NCBI GenBank assembly: GCA_944384535.1
Contig: CALWTS010000004.1
Location: 33,941 to 97,940, forward strand
Direction of reading: 5' to 3'
DNA from: an uncultured Clostridia bacterium
Lineage (GTDB): Bacteria > Bacillota > Clostridia > Christensenellales > UBA1242
DNA length: 64,000 nt
The notes beneath the pieces were generated by a model that was not told where the DNA came from, ran no database searches, and was given only the letters and a program-made list of their open reading frames with translations. The translations under genes were made by a program, and so were the position numbers. Position 1 is the first letter of the stretch; each line of letters opens with the position of its first letter. Shown piece after piece: positions 17,435 to 25,591 of this stretch.

Positions 17435-18094
17435 ATGATTAAAATAAGAAAAAGTTGGTTTGAAATTTTAAATGATGAATTTAATAAGGAATATTTTAAA
17501 AAATTACAAAGTTTTCTCAAAAATGAATATAAAAGTTATGAAATTTATCCATCAGAAGACAAAATATTTAATTCATTAAACCATGTTCCTTTGGATAAAA
17601 TTAAAGTAGTAATAATAGGTCAAGATCCTTACCATGAACCTGGGCAAGCTCAAGGATTATCATTTTCTGTTCCAGAAAATGTTGATATTCCCCCATCTCT
17701 TGTTAATATCATGCAAGAAATAGAAAACGATTTAAATATTAAATGTGAAAAAAATGGAAATCTAGAAAGATGGGCTAATCAAGGAGTATTATTATTAAAC
17801 ACAGTTCTAACCGTTCGAAAAGGTCAAGCAAACTCTCATAAAGAAAAAGGATGGGAAATATTAACAAAAAAAATTATAGAAATAATTGGAAAAAGAGAAA
17901 AACCTGTCGTATTCATGTTATGGGGTTCTTATGCACAAAAATATAGTGATTTGATTGCTCCTCAACACCTTATACTTAAAGCACCGCATCCTAGTCCATT
18001 ATCTGCTTATAGAGGATTTTTTGGATGCAAACATTTTTCAAAATGTAATGACTTTTTGATAAAAAATGGAGAAACTCCTATAGATTGGAAATAA
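17435..18094 (+). CDS. ung: uracil-DNA glycosylase
   Basis: GQDPYH water-activating loop, HPSPLS motif, 219 aa. Confidence 0.95.
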   Translation: MIKIRKSWFEILNDEFNKEYFKKLQSFLKNEYKSYEIYPSEDKIFNSLNHVPLDKIKVVIIGQDPYHEPGQAQGLSFSVPENVDIPPSLVNIMQEIENDLNIKCEKNGNLERWANQGVLLLNTVLTVRKGQANSHKEKGWEILTKKIIEIIGKREKPVVFMLWGSYAQKYSDLIAPQHLILKAPHPSPLSAYRGFFGCKHFSKCNDFLIKNGETPIDWK

Positions 18095-18121
18095 AAAAAA
18101 GACATTTTGTCTTTTTTTTTA
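18093..18121. terminator. bidirectional terminator between ung and PHFHF cassette 1
   Basis: A-run, AAAGAC-atttt-GTCTTT, T-run. Confidence 0.75.
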
Positions 18122-18502
18122 TTTGTTTTCAGTTTCAGCAAAAACTTTATCTGCATATATCTCAACTTTTATAAAATCTTGAATTTGCTTTAATAAATCC
18201 ATTCCTGAATCTATTTCTAGTTCTAATTTATCAAAAAATTCTACATTATATTTTGTAGCGAACTTTTCTATTAATTTAATAGGATTAAGGTTTTTAACTT
18301 CATCATCTCCAACCCAATTTTCAAACAAAAAGTAATCATCTGTCATAAAAACTTTATCTTCTTCTTGATAGAAAATAACAAAAATCAAAGCATTTAATGA
18401 TTGATACTTTATTAATGTTGTAAGTTTGAAATAATCCCCATTATCTTCTACAACTCCTATTTTAAAACTTTCAACCTTTTTTCTTAATAAATCTATATTC
18501 AT
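18119..18502 (-). CDS. small acidic protein, member B of cassette 1 (family shared with 18499-18852 and 35455-35853)
   Basis: 127 aa; 26 D/E versus 16 K/R by hand count. ATGA start/stop overlap with the upstream gene. Shared landmarks: ...EEDKVFMTDD..., LIEKFATKYNVEFFD, DFIKVEIYAD. Confidence 0.7.
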   Translation of the reverse strand: MNIDLLRKKVESFKIGVVEDNGDYFKLTTLIKYQSLNALIFVIFYQEEDKVFMTDDYFLFENWVGDDEVKNLNPIKLIEKFATKYNVEFFDKLELEIDSGMDLLKQIQDFIKVEIYADKVFAETENK

Positions 18503-18852
18503 TTTTTCTCTCCATTTTGCATTAAGTCCGCATATATCATTATTGAAACAAAATTTTGTACATCATAATAAATTTTGTTAAGAGAAGCTTTTGTATAACA
18601 ATAATTTTCTTCGTTAATAAAAATGTTGTTATCTTTCAAAAATTTTATTAAATCAGCACTAAAAAAACCACATCCTTTTTTTATGGATTTTAAATCTGAC
18701 AAAAATATTTCATCCTCTATTATTTCTAAACAAACTTTTAACTGCTCCTTATCATTAATTAAATAAGGCCATTTAATAATAATTTTATTGTCTTGTTGTG
18801 TAAAATCAATATTAAAATTAGTTAAAATGTTTATAAGTTCTTTAAAGTTCAT
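18499..18852 (-). CDS. small protein, member A of cassette 1 (same family)
   Basis: 117 aa. Starts 20 nt after the stop of the large gene and ends in TGA inside an ATGA overlap. Landmarks: IIEDEIFLSD, LIKFLKDNNIFINEE, NFVSIMIYAD. Confidence 0.7.
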   Translation of the reverse strand: MNFKELINILTNFNIDFTQQDNKIIIKWPYLINDKEQLKVCLEIIEDEIFLSDLKSIKKGCGFFSADLIKFLKDNNIFINEENYCYTKASLNKIYYDVQNFVSIMIYADLMQNGEKK

Positions 18853-18872
18853 TAAATCACTCCTTTTTAACT

Positions 18873-20000
18873 CTAATCACTTTCGTTTTCATCTGAGTTT
18901 TTATCTAGTTTGCTCTCTTCAGAAATATTTTCAATATCATCTCTATCAATAATAATTAAAGCTATTTCATATAATTTTTCAGAAAAATTCTTTTGTTCCC
19001 AATCTTTTCTATCAATTTGAATATTATTTAACTTTAAACAATTCTTATCATCTTTTTTAAAAATTTTTTCAATTTTATTTATCTTTTCTCTAGCCGATAA
19101 TAATATAACTTTAATTAAATATGTAAATATGCCATTTTTAATTTGTGCTCCGCTATCTAACAAAATATGTAATTTATTAAAATCATTATCATCTTTTATA
19201 TTTTTTAAAATATCTTTTATTTTTAATTTTAAACTTTTGTTTAAATCATCTTTAGACATAGAATCGATATTTTTAGAAAGCTTATAGTCAAGAAATGGTA
19301 ATCCAATTGAATATTGATTTAAAATATTTCCTTTTTCCGCTGTAATTAAATCTTTTAAATACATTATCAAATTATCAACATTTATTGCTAAACAATCTTG
19401 ATAATCAGGATTATTAAAATGAAAATGAGGAGGTGTAACAATGATACCATAATATTTTTTAAATAATGCAAGTTCATCATCACTTTTATTTAAACAATCT
19501 AAACTATTTTGGTGCATATATTGAGAGTTTACATCAAATCTTTCTAATTGTATAAGTTTTTGAGGATCAGAAGTTGGCATAACAACTGTAAAATAACTCA
19601 TATTTTTTTCTATTACGGGTCTTCTACTTTCATCTTTATCAGTAAAATGAGCAGTAATTAATAAAACGTTCCCATCTACTCTATAAAAACTAACTATGCT
19701 ATCTTTTAATATATTTACAATTACTTTTTTTCTTTTTCCTTTTTCTCTGACTTTTTTTCTTAATAAAATACTACCATGTTGAGTATCAAAACAAGTTTCT
19801 CTCTCTCCTAAAAGATAATCTGAAATTTGCTCTCCATCAGATAACCTTAACGAATTTATATCATTCCAACGTGTTCTATTTATATAAGGTTTATTAGTTG
19901 TATCATTTTTATTATAATCCAAAAAAGCTACAACTTTCTCATCGGTCGAACTACCATCTTTATTTATTATATCTGTTGCTTGAGTAATCTTATCTTTCAT
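18873..20000 (-). CDS. unassigned PHFHF-motif protein (cassette 1 large subunit)
   Basis: The ATG at 20000 follows GAGAGGTG. The 22 extra codons in the track ORF run through the promoter and terminator. No TM, signal peptide or Walker motif. Shares a conserved core with 35819-37258 (DPxK, R[FY]D, HxN, PHFHFxN, G[LM]PFL[DE]YK). Confidence 0.75.
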   Translation of the reverse strand: MKDKITQATDIINKDGSSTDEKVVAFLDYNKNDTTNKPYINRTRWNDINSLRLSDGEQISDYLLGERETCFDTQHGSILLRKKVREKGKRKKVIVNILKDSIVSFYRVDGNVLLITAHFTDKDESRRPVIEKNMSYFTVVMPTSDPQKLIQLERFDVNSQYMHQNSLDCLNKSDDELALFKKYYGIIVTPPHFHFNNPDYQDCLAINVDNLIMYLKDLITAEKGNILNQYSIGLPFLDYKLSKNIDSMSKDDLNKSLKLKIKDILKNIKDDNDFNKLHILLDSGAQIKNGIFTYLIKVILLSAREKINKIEKIFKKDDKNCLKLNNIQIDRKDWEQKNFSEKLYEIALIIIDRDDIENISEESKLDKNSDENESD

Positions 20001-20016
20001 AACACCTCTCACATAG

Positions 20017-20045
20017 ATTATACACAAAAAATAATTAAAAATCAA
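20017..20045 (-). promoter_or_regulatory. sigma-A-type promoter of cassette 1
   Basis: Minus strand: TTGATT (20040-20045), 17-nt spacer, TATAAT (20017-20022), 16 nt before the ATG. Confidence 0.5.
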
Positions 20046-20052
20046 TAACTCT

Positions 20053-20081
20053 AAAAAAAAGATCACAACAAAGTTGTGATC
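20053..20081 (-). terminator. rho-independent terminator after the Glu-rich protein gene
   Basis: Minus strand: GATCACAAC-ttt-GTTGTGATC followed by TTTTTTTT. Confidence 0.8.
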
Positions 20082-20150
20082 TCCCGTATATTTAATAGTG
20101 AAAATTTTATTTAGTCCCTAAACACCTTGAATTAATTTAAGTAAAATTAA

Positions 20151-21266
20151 TTATTCTGCATTAGTACTATCTGTTGCACTATCATCTGAAGTTGATTTTA
20201 ATTCTTCAATAGCTTCTTGAAGTTTTTTAATGTTATTTTTGATTTCAGCATTTCTTGATGATAACAAGTTAAATATTTGTTCTAATAATGGATATCTTTG
20301 TTCATTTTTGCTCATTACTTCTTCGCAATGTTGAACAGAAAGTTTTAAACCATCTAATAAATCTAAATCTTCAGCAAGCTTCTTTGCTTTTTCTTCATCA
20401 ATATCGGCATAGTTATTAACACCATAAAGAACAACTTTTTGTTTTGCAACTAAAGCTTCTTTTCTACGAAGTTTCTTTTCATCATTTTCAAGAGTTCTCT
20501 TAACTCTTCTTAAAGGTAAGAACTCTTTTTTGCATTGACGAAGTTCTTTTTCATTAACTTTAAGCTTAGCCTGTTCATCAGCAAGTTTTGCTTCAATTTC
20601 TTCTAAAGTCATTGTTGCTGCTAATCCCTGTTCCCCTTCACCAGCAGCAATAGCATTTTCGAATTTAGCTTCTGTAATATCAGGAACAACAGGTTGTTCA
20701 GGTTCTTCCTTAACTTCCTCTTCCTCTTCCTCTTTTTCCTCTTTTTCCTCTTTTTCCTCTTCTTCTTGAGAAACATCTACAGCATTATTTTCTTCTTTTT
20801 CTTCTTCCTCTTCTTGTTGCATTCTCGCAAGTCTTTCCATCAATTCTTGTCTACGTTGTCTAATATATTCGGAAGCTTCATCTTGATCATCTTCCTCTTC
20901 TTCTTCCTCTTCTTCTTGTTCTTGTACAGGTTCTTCCTTAACTTCTTCTTTAACTTCTTCTTTTTCTTCTTCTTGTTCTTCATTTACTTCTTCAACTTTC
21001 TTTTCTTCATCAGGATTATAGTTTTCTACTACAGCACCATTATAAAGAATAGTTGTAGAATTCTCTTTGCCTTGACTATTTTCAAGAGCTTTAACTCTTG
21101 ATTCTAACTCTTTTTGTTTCTTTAGTTGTGCATTTTTGATAGCTTCGTCATCTTTAGCTTTGTTAGAGATGCTCATTAATAAATCACCAACAAAATATAG
21201 AAGAAATCCTCCTGCAACGATGATACCAAGAACAACAACAATTGTAACAATTACTGAACTTGACAT
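20151..21266 (-). CDS. membrane-anchored Glu/Lys-rich coiled-coil protein (low complexity)
   Basis: N-terminal TM segment (VIVTIVVVLGIIVAGGFLLYFVG). Long poly-E/EK tracts (EQEEEEEEEEDDQDE; EEEEKEEKEEKEEEEEEVKEE). C-terminal heptad-like helical region. RBS AAGGAGTG. Confidence 0.7.
   Translation of the reverse strand: MSSSVIVTIVVVLGIIVAGGFLLYFVGDLLMSISNKAKDDEAIKNAQLKKQKELESRVKALENSQGKENSTTILYNGAVVENYNPDEEKKVEEVNEEQEEEKEEVKEEVKEEPVQEQEEEEEEEEDDQDEASEYIRQRRQELMERLARMQQEEEEEKEENNAVDVSQEEEEKEEKEEKEEEEEEVKEEPEQPVVPDITEAKFENAIAAGEGEQGLAATMTLEEIEAKLADEQAKLKVNEKELRQCKKEFLPLRRVKRTLENDEKKLRRKEALVAKQKVVLYGVNNYADIDEEKAKKLAEDLDLLDGLKLSVQHCEEVMSKNEQRYPLLEQIFNLLSSRNAEIKNNIKKLQEAIEELKSTSDDSATDSTNAE
20715..20767 (-). 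repeat. imperfect tandem 6-9-bp GAA/GAG-rich repeats encoding the poly-Glu tract
   Basis: Plus strand reads ttcctcttcctcttcctctttttcctctttttcctctttttcctcttcttc. Confidence 0.7.
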
Positions 21267-21315
21267 AAATTTTCACTCCTTTATAAATATTTTTTGGCCT
21301 AATGTGTGTAATTTT

Positions 21316-21710
21316 TGGTGGAGACGGTGGGAATTGAACCCACTTCCGAAAAACTTGTGCAAAACTTTTCTACATGTTTAGTTTATGTTTTAATCTTACT
21401 ATTAAACGAATCATAAACAATTTTTTAATAGCCAGTCTTTCAAATTATGCAATCACTATAAAGACTAATTTGTGAATGTAGAGCGCTTATTCTGAACCCT
21501 AAGAGTAATCTAGCGAAATTACAATGGGTTTGGTTAAAACTTTTAACCGATTTTTTTTGTTTACTAAGCAGCGTAAGCTAAGCTTGCATTGCCCATAGAA
21601 ACAACTTTGTTTTCGTTTGCGTTTATTTGCAAATGTCCTTGTTTAGGTGTAGACTCACCACATGCTTTATGTTTTGATCAATGTTCCCCGTCGAAACCAT
21701 TAACGCCCCC
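21316..21710 (-). ncRNA. ssrA: tmRNA (ssrA)
   Basis: Minus strand 5' GGGGGCGTTAATGGTTTCGACGGGGAAC... and 3' ...GTGGGTTCAATTCCCACCGTCTCCACCA. Acceptor pairing includes G3:U. Internal tag frame: GCA AAC GAA AAC AAA GTT GTT TCT ATG GGC AAT GCA AGC TTA GCT TAC GCT GCT TAG TAA. Lies directly downstream of smpB. Confidence 0.9.
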
Positions 21711-21720
21711 TTAAAGTGGG

Positions 21721-22167
21721 CTAATAACTTTTCAACACACGATCAATATCCCTTTGAATAGCCTTTTCCTTAAGGGATTGTCTCTTATCATAAAGTTTTT
21801 TACCTTTAGCTAACCCGATTTCTACTTTTACTTTATTGTTATTAAAGTAGACTTTTGTAGGAATAATAGAAAAACCCTTTTCCATTATTTTACGCTCAAG
21901 TTTTAAAATTTGTTCCTTATGTAAGAGTAATTTTCTTGAACGCTTAGTATCAAAACTTGTCTGAGAAGAAGCATCACTATGCGGAGCAATATAACAATTT
22001 TTTAGGATAGCTTCACCATTTTTTATAACAACAAAACTATCACTTAAATTTATTTTTCCGCAATTTACAGATTTTATTTCACCGCCTTTAAGTTCAATAC
22101 CAGCTTCAAGTAAATCAAAAATGAAGAAATTATGATAAGCTTTCTTATTATTAGTTATTATCCTCAT
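21721..22167 (-). CDS. smpB: SsrA-binding protein SmpB
   Basis: NKKAYHNFFI...EAGIELKGGEIKS... and the basic C-terminal tail are typical SmpB. 148 aa. Confidence 0.95.
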   Translation of the reverse strand: MRIITNNKKAYHNFFIFDLLEAGIELKGGEIKSVNCGKINLSDSFVVIKNGEAILKNCYIAPHSDASSQTSFDTKRSRKLLLHKEQILKLERKIMEKGFSIIPTKVYFNNNKVKVEIGLAKGKKLYDKRQSLKEKAIQRDIDRVLKSY

Positions 22168-22334
22168 CTCGCCTCCTATTATAACACTGTTTTATATAAT
22201 TTTCAATACCCTATACAAATTTTTTTAATAAAAAAAGTAAAATATCTTAATTTTTAATAAAAAATACGAAAAAACAAGAAATTTTTACATGTTTTAAACA
22301 AAAAAGCAAAAATTAACTTATAATAGTAAAGAAA

Positions 22335-24437
22335 TTAATTTACAAACCTTTCAAAAGAAAAATCAATCTTTCTAGTATAAATATTTGATGATACTAATTT
22401 TACTATGATTTTATCTCCAACAGAGAATGATATCTTTTGTCCTTTTAATTTAAGTTGTTTTTCAAACAATAAAAATCCATTATCAGGTAAATCTTCAATT
22501 TTTATCAATCCTTCAACAGTATTTTCTAATTCAACAAATATTCCGAAGTTTGTGACTGAAGATACAACACCTTCAAATTCCTCACCCAACTTATCTCGCA
22601 TCAAGTAAGCTTTCCACAAATCATCAACTTCTCTTTCTGTTTTATCCGCATTTCTTTCAGTTAAACTTGATTGCTCACCCGCTTCAAAAGTAAAATCTTC
22701 CAATTCATCTATTCTATGTCCTGATAATTTTCTCTTTTTTAATACCTCTTTTATTATTCTATGAATTGTTAAATCTGGATATCTTCTTATTGGAGAAGTA
22801 AAATGACAATAATATTTTAACGCAAGACCAAAATGACCTAAACATTGATTAGTATATCTTGCTTTTTGCATTGACCTTAAAATAACTTTGTTAACTGTTT
22901 CGGCAAAATCTTTATTTTCAGTCAAAGAAATTAACTCTTGATAATATTGTGGTGTTATAATTTCGGGAATAGATGGAACTTTTACTCCTAACCCTGAAAG
23001 ATATTCTTTGACTGAAATAACTTTTTCTTTTCTAGGACTTTCATGCACTCTATAAACAAAAGGAATTTTTCTATCAAAAAAATCTTTAGCAATTGTTTGA
23101 TTTGCAAGAACCATAAAATCCTCTATTAGTTTATGTGCATCGTTTCTTTCTCTCTTTTTAAAGTCAACTGCCATACCATTACTATCAAAAACAAACTGCA
23201 CTTCTGGTATTTCAAAATCCAACGAACCATTTTTTTTATTTTTTTCTTGAATTTTTAAAGATAATTCATGCATCAATTTTAGTTCATTTTTAACCTTTTC
23301 ATGTTTTTCATCTGCTTTTTTATCACATAAAACTTTATAAACATTGGTATAATTTAACCTCGCAACACTTCTTATAACACTCTCATAAATTTTATGTTCT
23401 TTTACATTTCCATCTCTATCAACCTTCATTTCACAAGTTAATGTTAATCGATCTTCACCTTCATTAAGAGAGCAAATTCCATTTGAAAGTTCTTTTGGTA
23501 ACATAGGTAAAACAGAAGTAGGAAAATATACACTAGTGCCCCTATTATAAGCTTCATCATCAATGGCACTATCATATTTAACATATTCTCCAACATCTGC
23601 AATATGAACGCCTAAAATGTAAAAACCATCTTCTGTTTTTTTGATAGAAACAGCGTCATCTAAATCTTTAGCATCCTCTCCATCAATTGTAAAAATGACC
23701 TCGTTTCTTAAATCAACTCTATTTTTATACTGCGAAGATAAAACTTTTGTTGGAATCTTCTTTACCTCTTCTAAAACATCATCAGAAAAAGTTTCGTATA
23801 ACTGATGATCTCTTATTATAGCAAGTTCACAAGCTTTTACACTATCATTTTTCCCTAACACTTCAGTAACAGAACCTGTAATTAATGATATATTGGAACG
23901 ATTTAATTTAATAACAACTCTATCATTTGGATTGTATTTAACATTACTTCCCGCAATTTTTATTTTAAAAGGTATATGATTGTTATCTGGTTCTAGAAAG
24001 TTTATCTTTTTTACACGTTCAACAACACCTGCAACATATTGAATTGGCTTATAAATAGCTACAACACTTCCTTCGCTTCCTTGTTCACCATCATTATTTA
24101 TTTTTACTATAACTCTATCTCCATCTATAGCACCTAAAGAAGAACTTGCTGGAATAAAAATATCTTCTCTTTCTGAATTATCTACCTGGCAAAAACCATA
24201 CCCCTTAACATTTCCTATAAATAATCCTCTAACATAACCATTTGATGGTATAGTAATATATTTTCCTTTTTTTATTTCAAAAATTCTTCCTTCATTTTTT
24301 AATTTGAAAAAATCTTTTTTTACTTCTTCTAAATTAATAGAATACGTATTTGCAATAAAATAAAAAAGATTGTCTAGCCCAGAAAAAGCTAAACTATCTT
24401 TCGTTAACAAATCTAAAATTTTTTGTCTTGCTTGCAT
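22335..24437 (-). CDS. rnr: ribonuclease R
   Basis: RNB catalytic motif IDGEDAKDLDDAVS, cold-shock-like N-terminal domains, C-terminal S1 domain (GVVSSVTNFGIFVEL). Confidence 0.95.
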   Translation of the reverse strand: MQARQKILDLLTKDSLAFSGLDNLFYFIANTYSINLEEVKKDFFKLKNEGRIFEIKKGKYITIPSNGYVRGLFIGNVKGYGFCQVDNSEREDIFIPASSSLGAIDGDRVIVKINNDGEQGSEGSVVAIYKPIQYVAGVVERVKKINFLEPDNNHIPFKIKIAGSNVKYNPNDRVVIKLNRSNISLITGSVTEVLGKNDSVKACELAIIRDHQLYETFSDDVLEEVKKIPTKVLSSQYKNRVDLRNEVIFTIDGEDAKDLDDAVSIKKTEDGFYILGVHIADVGEYVKYDSAIDDEAYNRGTSVYFPTSVLPMLPKELSNGICSLNEGEDRLTLTCEMKVDRDGNVKEHKIYESVIRSVARLNYTNVYKVLCDKKADEKHEKVKNELKLMHELSLKIQEKNKKNGSLDFEIPEVQFVFDSNGMAVDFKKRERNDAHKLIEDFMVLANQTIAKDFFDRKIPFVYRVHESPRKEKVISVKEYLSGLGVKVPSIPEIITPQYYQELISLTENKDFAETVNKVILRSMQKARYTNQCLGHFGLALKYYCHFTSPIRRYPDLTIHRIIKEVLKKRKLSGHRIDELEDFTFEAGEQSSLTERNADKTEREVDDLWKAYLMRDKLGEEFEGVVSSVTNFGIFVELENTVEGLIKIEDLPDNGFLLFEKQLKLKGQKISFSVGDKIIVKLVSSNIYTRKIDFSFERFVN

Positions 24438-24448
24438 TTAAAACTCCC

Positions 24449-24775
24449 TTACTTTCCTATAAAGATTTCAGTAACAAAGAAAATTATAATACATACAAAC
24501 ATTATAACCGCCATAGAAATTGTTATTCTTTTCAAAATAGCATCTCTTGATGCACCTTTATTTTGAGAATAATAACTCTCTTGCGAATTACCAGTAAAAG
24601 CATCAAGACCATTATTTGAATCATTTGATTGCATCAATGTTGAAATTATCATAATAACAGCACAAACAACTATAATACCAAAAAGAATGTATCTTAAAAT
24701 TGGAAGAAACGTTGTCCAAAAATCATTTGTAATTACATTAGTATTATCTAATAGAGTTGAAATAAAGTTAATCAT
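24449..24775 (-). CDS. secG: preprotein translocase subunit SecG
   Basis: Two TM segments with a Gly/Asn/Ser-rich loop (MQSNDSNNGLDAFTGNS). Conserved secG-rnr-smpB order. The ATG at 24775 follows AAAGGAGAAGGT. Confidence 0.75.
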   Translation of the reverse strand: MINFISTLLDNTNVITNDFWTTFLPILRYILFGIIVVCAVIMIISTLMQSNDSNNGLDAFTGNSQESYYSQNKGASRDAILKRITISMAVIMFVCIIIFFVTEIFIGK

Positions 24776-24790
24776 ACCTTCTCCTTTCAA

Positions 24791-25024
24791 TTAAATAAGT
24801 GTACAGAACCAAATTATGAATAAAACAAAAATAATTAAAAAGAAAATTTGTCCCCATTTAACTACTAGTTTTGTTTTATTAATAGATGCTCTAACAATGT
24901 TTTGTAAAAGAAATAAAGCTATAAAAGTAAATACAACAATCAAAGTAATCAATCCGCTTTGTCCTAAACCATCTCTTATTGCAAAACCCCAGTCATCAAA
25001 CCAATTTAACAATAAACTTTTCAT
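24791..25024 (-). CDS. small hypothetical membrane protein (2 TM)
   Basis: 77-aa ORF with two clear hydrophobic segments, abutting secG. Confidence 0.5.
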   Translation of the reverse strand: MKSLLLNWFDDWGFAIRDGLGQSGLITLIVVFTFIALFLLQNIVRASINKTKLVVKWGQIFFLIIFVLFIIWFCTLI

Positions 25025-25207
25025 GAAAACCTCTCTATAAGTAAAATTATAACATAAAAAAATTATAATTACAATAATTAACTTTTATTAAAAGAAAATT
25101 TTTCACAATTATCTATTATAATTATTTTTATATAATAGTCAAATATTTAAACACCTTTTTTAATTAAAAGAAAACAAAAATAAAAAAAGCGCCAAAATGC
25201 GCTTTTT

Positions 25208-25432
25208 TTAAACATTTAACAAACGAAGTATTCTTCCAGAAACAATCATTAAGATTAAATCAACAATCCAAATAATGTTCCATCCTAAAATTAAACGCAA
25301 AATCGCTGCAACGATTTTCCCTTCTTTAATTCTTGTTACCATTCCAAAAATTAAAGCTGTAATTGGAATTATTGCTAAAATAATACTTACAACTCTTCCA
25401 AACCCTAAGTAATCTTTTCCTTTTTTTGCCAT
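25208..25432 (-). CDS. small hypothetical membrane protein (2 TM)
   Basis: 74-aa ORF. MAKKGKDYLGFGR, then two hydrophobic helices. Terminator-like hairpin (aaaagcgccaaaatgcgctttt) just downstream. Confidence 0.55.
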   Translation of the reverse strand: MAKKGKDYLGFGRVVSIILAIIPITALIFGMVTRIKEGKIVAAILRLILGWNIIWIVDLILMIVSGRILRLLNV

Positions 25433-25591
25433 TTTTTACCCTCCTCTTTATATTATATTAAATAATAAAAATTATCACAAACTATTTTATCGAAAAATAT
25501 ATGATTTTGTATAATTTTTAATATTTCTTTAAATAATCTTTTGAAAAATACTATTATCATTATATAATATTTTTAGTTAAAGGAGTTGTTT

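Noticed and set aside
20694-21101. 135-aa Phe/Leu-rich ORF on the + strand
   Set aside because: It is the antisense mirror of the GAA/GAG repeat tracts of the Glu-rich gene. Its composition is a repeat artefact, and it has no RBS and no independent signal.
18093-21315. Genomic island integrated at the tmRNA gene (Glu-rich gene plus PHFHF cassette 1)
   Set aside because: I found no integrase or recombinase gene, no direct repeat of the ssrA 3' end (tggtggagacgg or its complement) downstream, and no obvious composition shift. The idea is kept only as context in the cassette 1 finding.
21136-21381. 81-aa + strand ORF spanning the start of the Glu-rich gene and the tmRNA 3' end
   Set aside because: It is antisense to a supported CDS and overlaps the tmRNA tRNA-like domain. 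It has no RBS.
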